From Candidatus Fimenecus sp. (GTDB lineage Bacteria > Bacillota > Clostridia > Oscillospirales > Acutalibacteraceae), in the NCBI GenBank assembly GCA_045659165.1, contig JAZOWH010000105.1:1-35155 (forward strand): a stretch of 35,155 bases of DNA, in the 5' to 3' direction. Below are positions 33,453-35,155 of the stretch, piece after piece. Under the pieces are notes generated by a model that saw only the letters and a list, made by a program, of their open reading frames with translations, had not been told where the DNA came from and made no database searches. Made by a program: the position numbers and the translations under genes. The stretch's first letter is position 1; each line of letters opens with the position of its first letter.

Positions 33453-35009
33453 ATGAGTAAACCACAGCTTTTAACAGTAAAAGATATCGTTAATTTTGCT
33501 GCTGAAAAATACGGTGAGAAAGACTTTTGTAAGTTTTTCCGTGACAGCGAAATCGAAATCAAAAATTTCAGCGAATTCCGTGAAGATTGTCTTGCTGTTA
33601 GCAGATACATAAAAACTATTGAAAAAGAAAAAATGCACATTGCATTTATCGGCAAAACAAGTTACGAATATATTGCTTGTCTTACAGGTATGATTTGTAG
33701 CGGTAATGTTGTTGTACCATTTGACCCTAATATTTCTGTGGAAGAAGCTTGTCAGCTTTTTGACGACGCTGACATCCAGATGCTTTTCTGTGAAGAAGAA
33801 TTTTTAGGTAAAGCAGAAGAAATCCAGAAAACATATAAGGGCATCCGTCAGGTTGTATCTCTTGGTGACTGGCACTGGTTTGACAACATTTTCAAAACAT
33901 ATTCTGCTGATTCAGAATATGCTCACCTTTCAGATATCGAGATTGACCCATATGAATGTGCATTGATTATCTACACATCAGGTACAACAGGTGAAAGAAA
34001 GGGCGTTATGCTCACTAACCACAACCTTGCATCTAACTCATGTTACGATACATACAAGGCTGCTGATGGTGAGGTTTGTCTTTCAGTTTTACCTATGCAC
34101 CATGTTTTCTGTTATGCATGTGACGTGCTTAAGGTACTTTATGACGGTTCTGCAATTTGTCTTAACGGTGCACTCACAAACATTTACAGAAACTTCCTTA
34201 TATTTGAACCAACAAACACAAGAATCGTTCCACTTCTTTGTAAAGCAATTATTACAAAAATCAAAATTCAGGAAAAGAAACATCCTGAACTTTCTCCTCG
34301 TGAAGCTGCTGAGCTTGTTGTTGGTAAGCGTCTTACAAGATTCATTGCTGGTAGTGCTTTCTTAAGTGGTGCTTTAATTGATGAATTTGCAAAGTACGGA
34401 ATTACTGCTCGTCAGGGTTACGGTATGAGTGAATGTAGTCCTCGTATCACAACATCTGACTTTTCAGAAGATAATAAATATTCAAATGGTGTTCTCACAG
34501 GTGTTGACGATGTAAGAGTTGTTGACGGTGAAATTCAGGTTAAGGGTCCTTCAGTTATGAAAGGATACTACAAAAAGCCTGAAAGAACTGCTGAGGCATT
34601 CACAGAAGACGGATATTTACATACAGGTGACTTAGGTTATATTGAAAATAACCACATCTACCTCGTTGGTAGAAAGAAAAACCTTATCATCCTTTCAAAC
34701 GGTGAAAACATCTCTCCTGAAGAACTTGAAAACAAGTTTGTTGACGACGGAATCGTGAAAGAAATCGTTGTACGTGGTGAAAAGGATACAATCATTGCAG
34801 AAATTTTCCCTGATAATGACCTTGCTAACACATTGGGAATTACAGATATTCCTGCTGAAATCAGCAAGATTGTTGACAGAGTAAATACAACTCTTAACAC
34901 AGACAGACAGATTCATTCGTTTGTTATAAGAGAAACTCCATTCGAGAGAACTTCAACAGGCAAAATCAAACGTGCACAATTTAACTTTGCGGAGGATGAA
35001 GCAAAATGA
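33453..35009 (+). CDS. ANL-superfamily adenylate-forming enzyme (long-chain fatty acyl-CoA/AMP ligase-like)
   Basis: IIYTSGTTGERKGVMLTNHNL (A3/P-loop), GYGMSEC (A5), GDLGY...YLVGRKKNLIILSNGENISPEELE (A7-A8) and TSTGKIKR (A10). Confidence 0.8.
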   Translation: MSKPQLLTVKDIVNFAAEKYGEKDFCKFFRDSEIEIKNFSEFREDCLAVSRYIKTIEKEKMHIAFIGKTSYEYIACLTGMICSGNVVVPFDPNISVEEACQLFDDADIQMLFCEEEFLGKAEEIQKTYKGIRQVVSLGDWHWFDNIFKTYSADSEYAHLSDIEIDPYECALIIYTSGTTGERKGVMLTNHNLASNSCYDTYKAADGEVCLSVLPMHHVFCYACDVLKVLYDGSAICLNGALTNIYRNFLIFEPTNTRIVPLLCKAIITKIKIQEKKHPELSPREAAELVVGKRLTRFIAGSAFLSGALIDEFAKYGITARQGYGMSECSPRITTSDFSEDNKYSNGVLTGVDDVRVVDGEIQVKGPSVMKGYYKKPERTAEAFTEDGYLHTGDLGYIENNHIYLVGRKKNLIILSNGENISPEELENKFVDDGIVKEIVVRGEKDTIIAEIFPDNDLANTLGITDIPAEISKIVDRVNTTLNTDRQIHSFVIRETPFERTSTGKIKRAQFNFAEDEAK

Positions 35010-35155
35010 TAGAAAAAACATTACCAGATGGCAAAGTTGTCAAAGCGTATCCTATCTCAAACTCACAGAAAATGATGTTCTTAATGTCACTCAAATACGG
35101 TTCAGGATATCCTGTTAACAACATCGGTTGCGGTTACTACTGGCAGGGTGAAATG
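35006..35155 (+). CDS. Partial ORF (first 50 codons), possibly a condensation-domain-like protein
   Basis: ATGA overlap with the ligase stop. YPISNSQKMMFLMS resembles the N-terminal C1-type motif of condensation domains (S..Q..m....). Too short to be sure. Confidence 0.3.
   Translation, partial: MIEKTLPDGKVVKAYPISNSQKMMFLMSLKYGSGYPVNNIGCGYYWQGEM

Noticed and set aside
23671-35155. Calling the accessory locus a mobile genomic island or prophage remnant.
   Set aside because: No integrase, transposase, tRNA target or flanking direct repeats were seen in the window. A compositional shift cannot be judged reliably by eye.

Overview
The window reads as low-GC Firmicutes/Clostridia chromosome from a spore-former lineage (sigG, ylmC/ymxH and a SpoVB-like flippase are present). 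No tRNA, rRNA, CRISPR array, transposase or integrase was recognised.

Positions 1-23.6 kb are densely packed housekeeping genes. They comprise glmS (3' end), sigG, ylmC/ymxH, zapA, a U32-family protein and dut. A long minus-strand operon follows: recJ, rel, dtd, an MBL hydrolase, hemZ-like, udk-like, a MOP flippase and mazG, then hup and rqcP/yabO. A plus-strand array follows: a GlmU acetyltransferase-domain-only gene, pth, mfd, DUF554, a CDF transporter and a metallophosphoesterase. Two oddities sit here. The rel gene carries a single in-frame TAA at a conserved Tyr codon. The glmU gene lacks its whole uridyltransferase half.

Positions 23.6-35.2 kb are the candidate novel system. Three paralogous surface-displayed proteins share a roughly 200-aa C-terminal domain I cannot assign to any family; two have signal anchors and one is a lipoprotein. 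They are interleaved with a translationally coupled GH3-type adenylating enzyme plus HxxxD (condensation/CAT-like) acyltransferase, a secreted ceramidase-like hydrolase and an MFS transporter. A divergent, translationally coupled ANL acyl-AMP/CoA ligase plus a condensation-like ORF runs off the window. Almost every unit has its own near-consensus TTGACA-17-TAnAAT promoter, and the divergent control region carries twin TTGACAnnTGTCAA palindromes. My working hypothesis is an envelope-associated acyl-amide or lipid-conjugate synthesis and turnover module. All family calls come from motif recognition by eye; no database search was possible.
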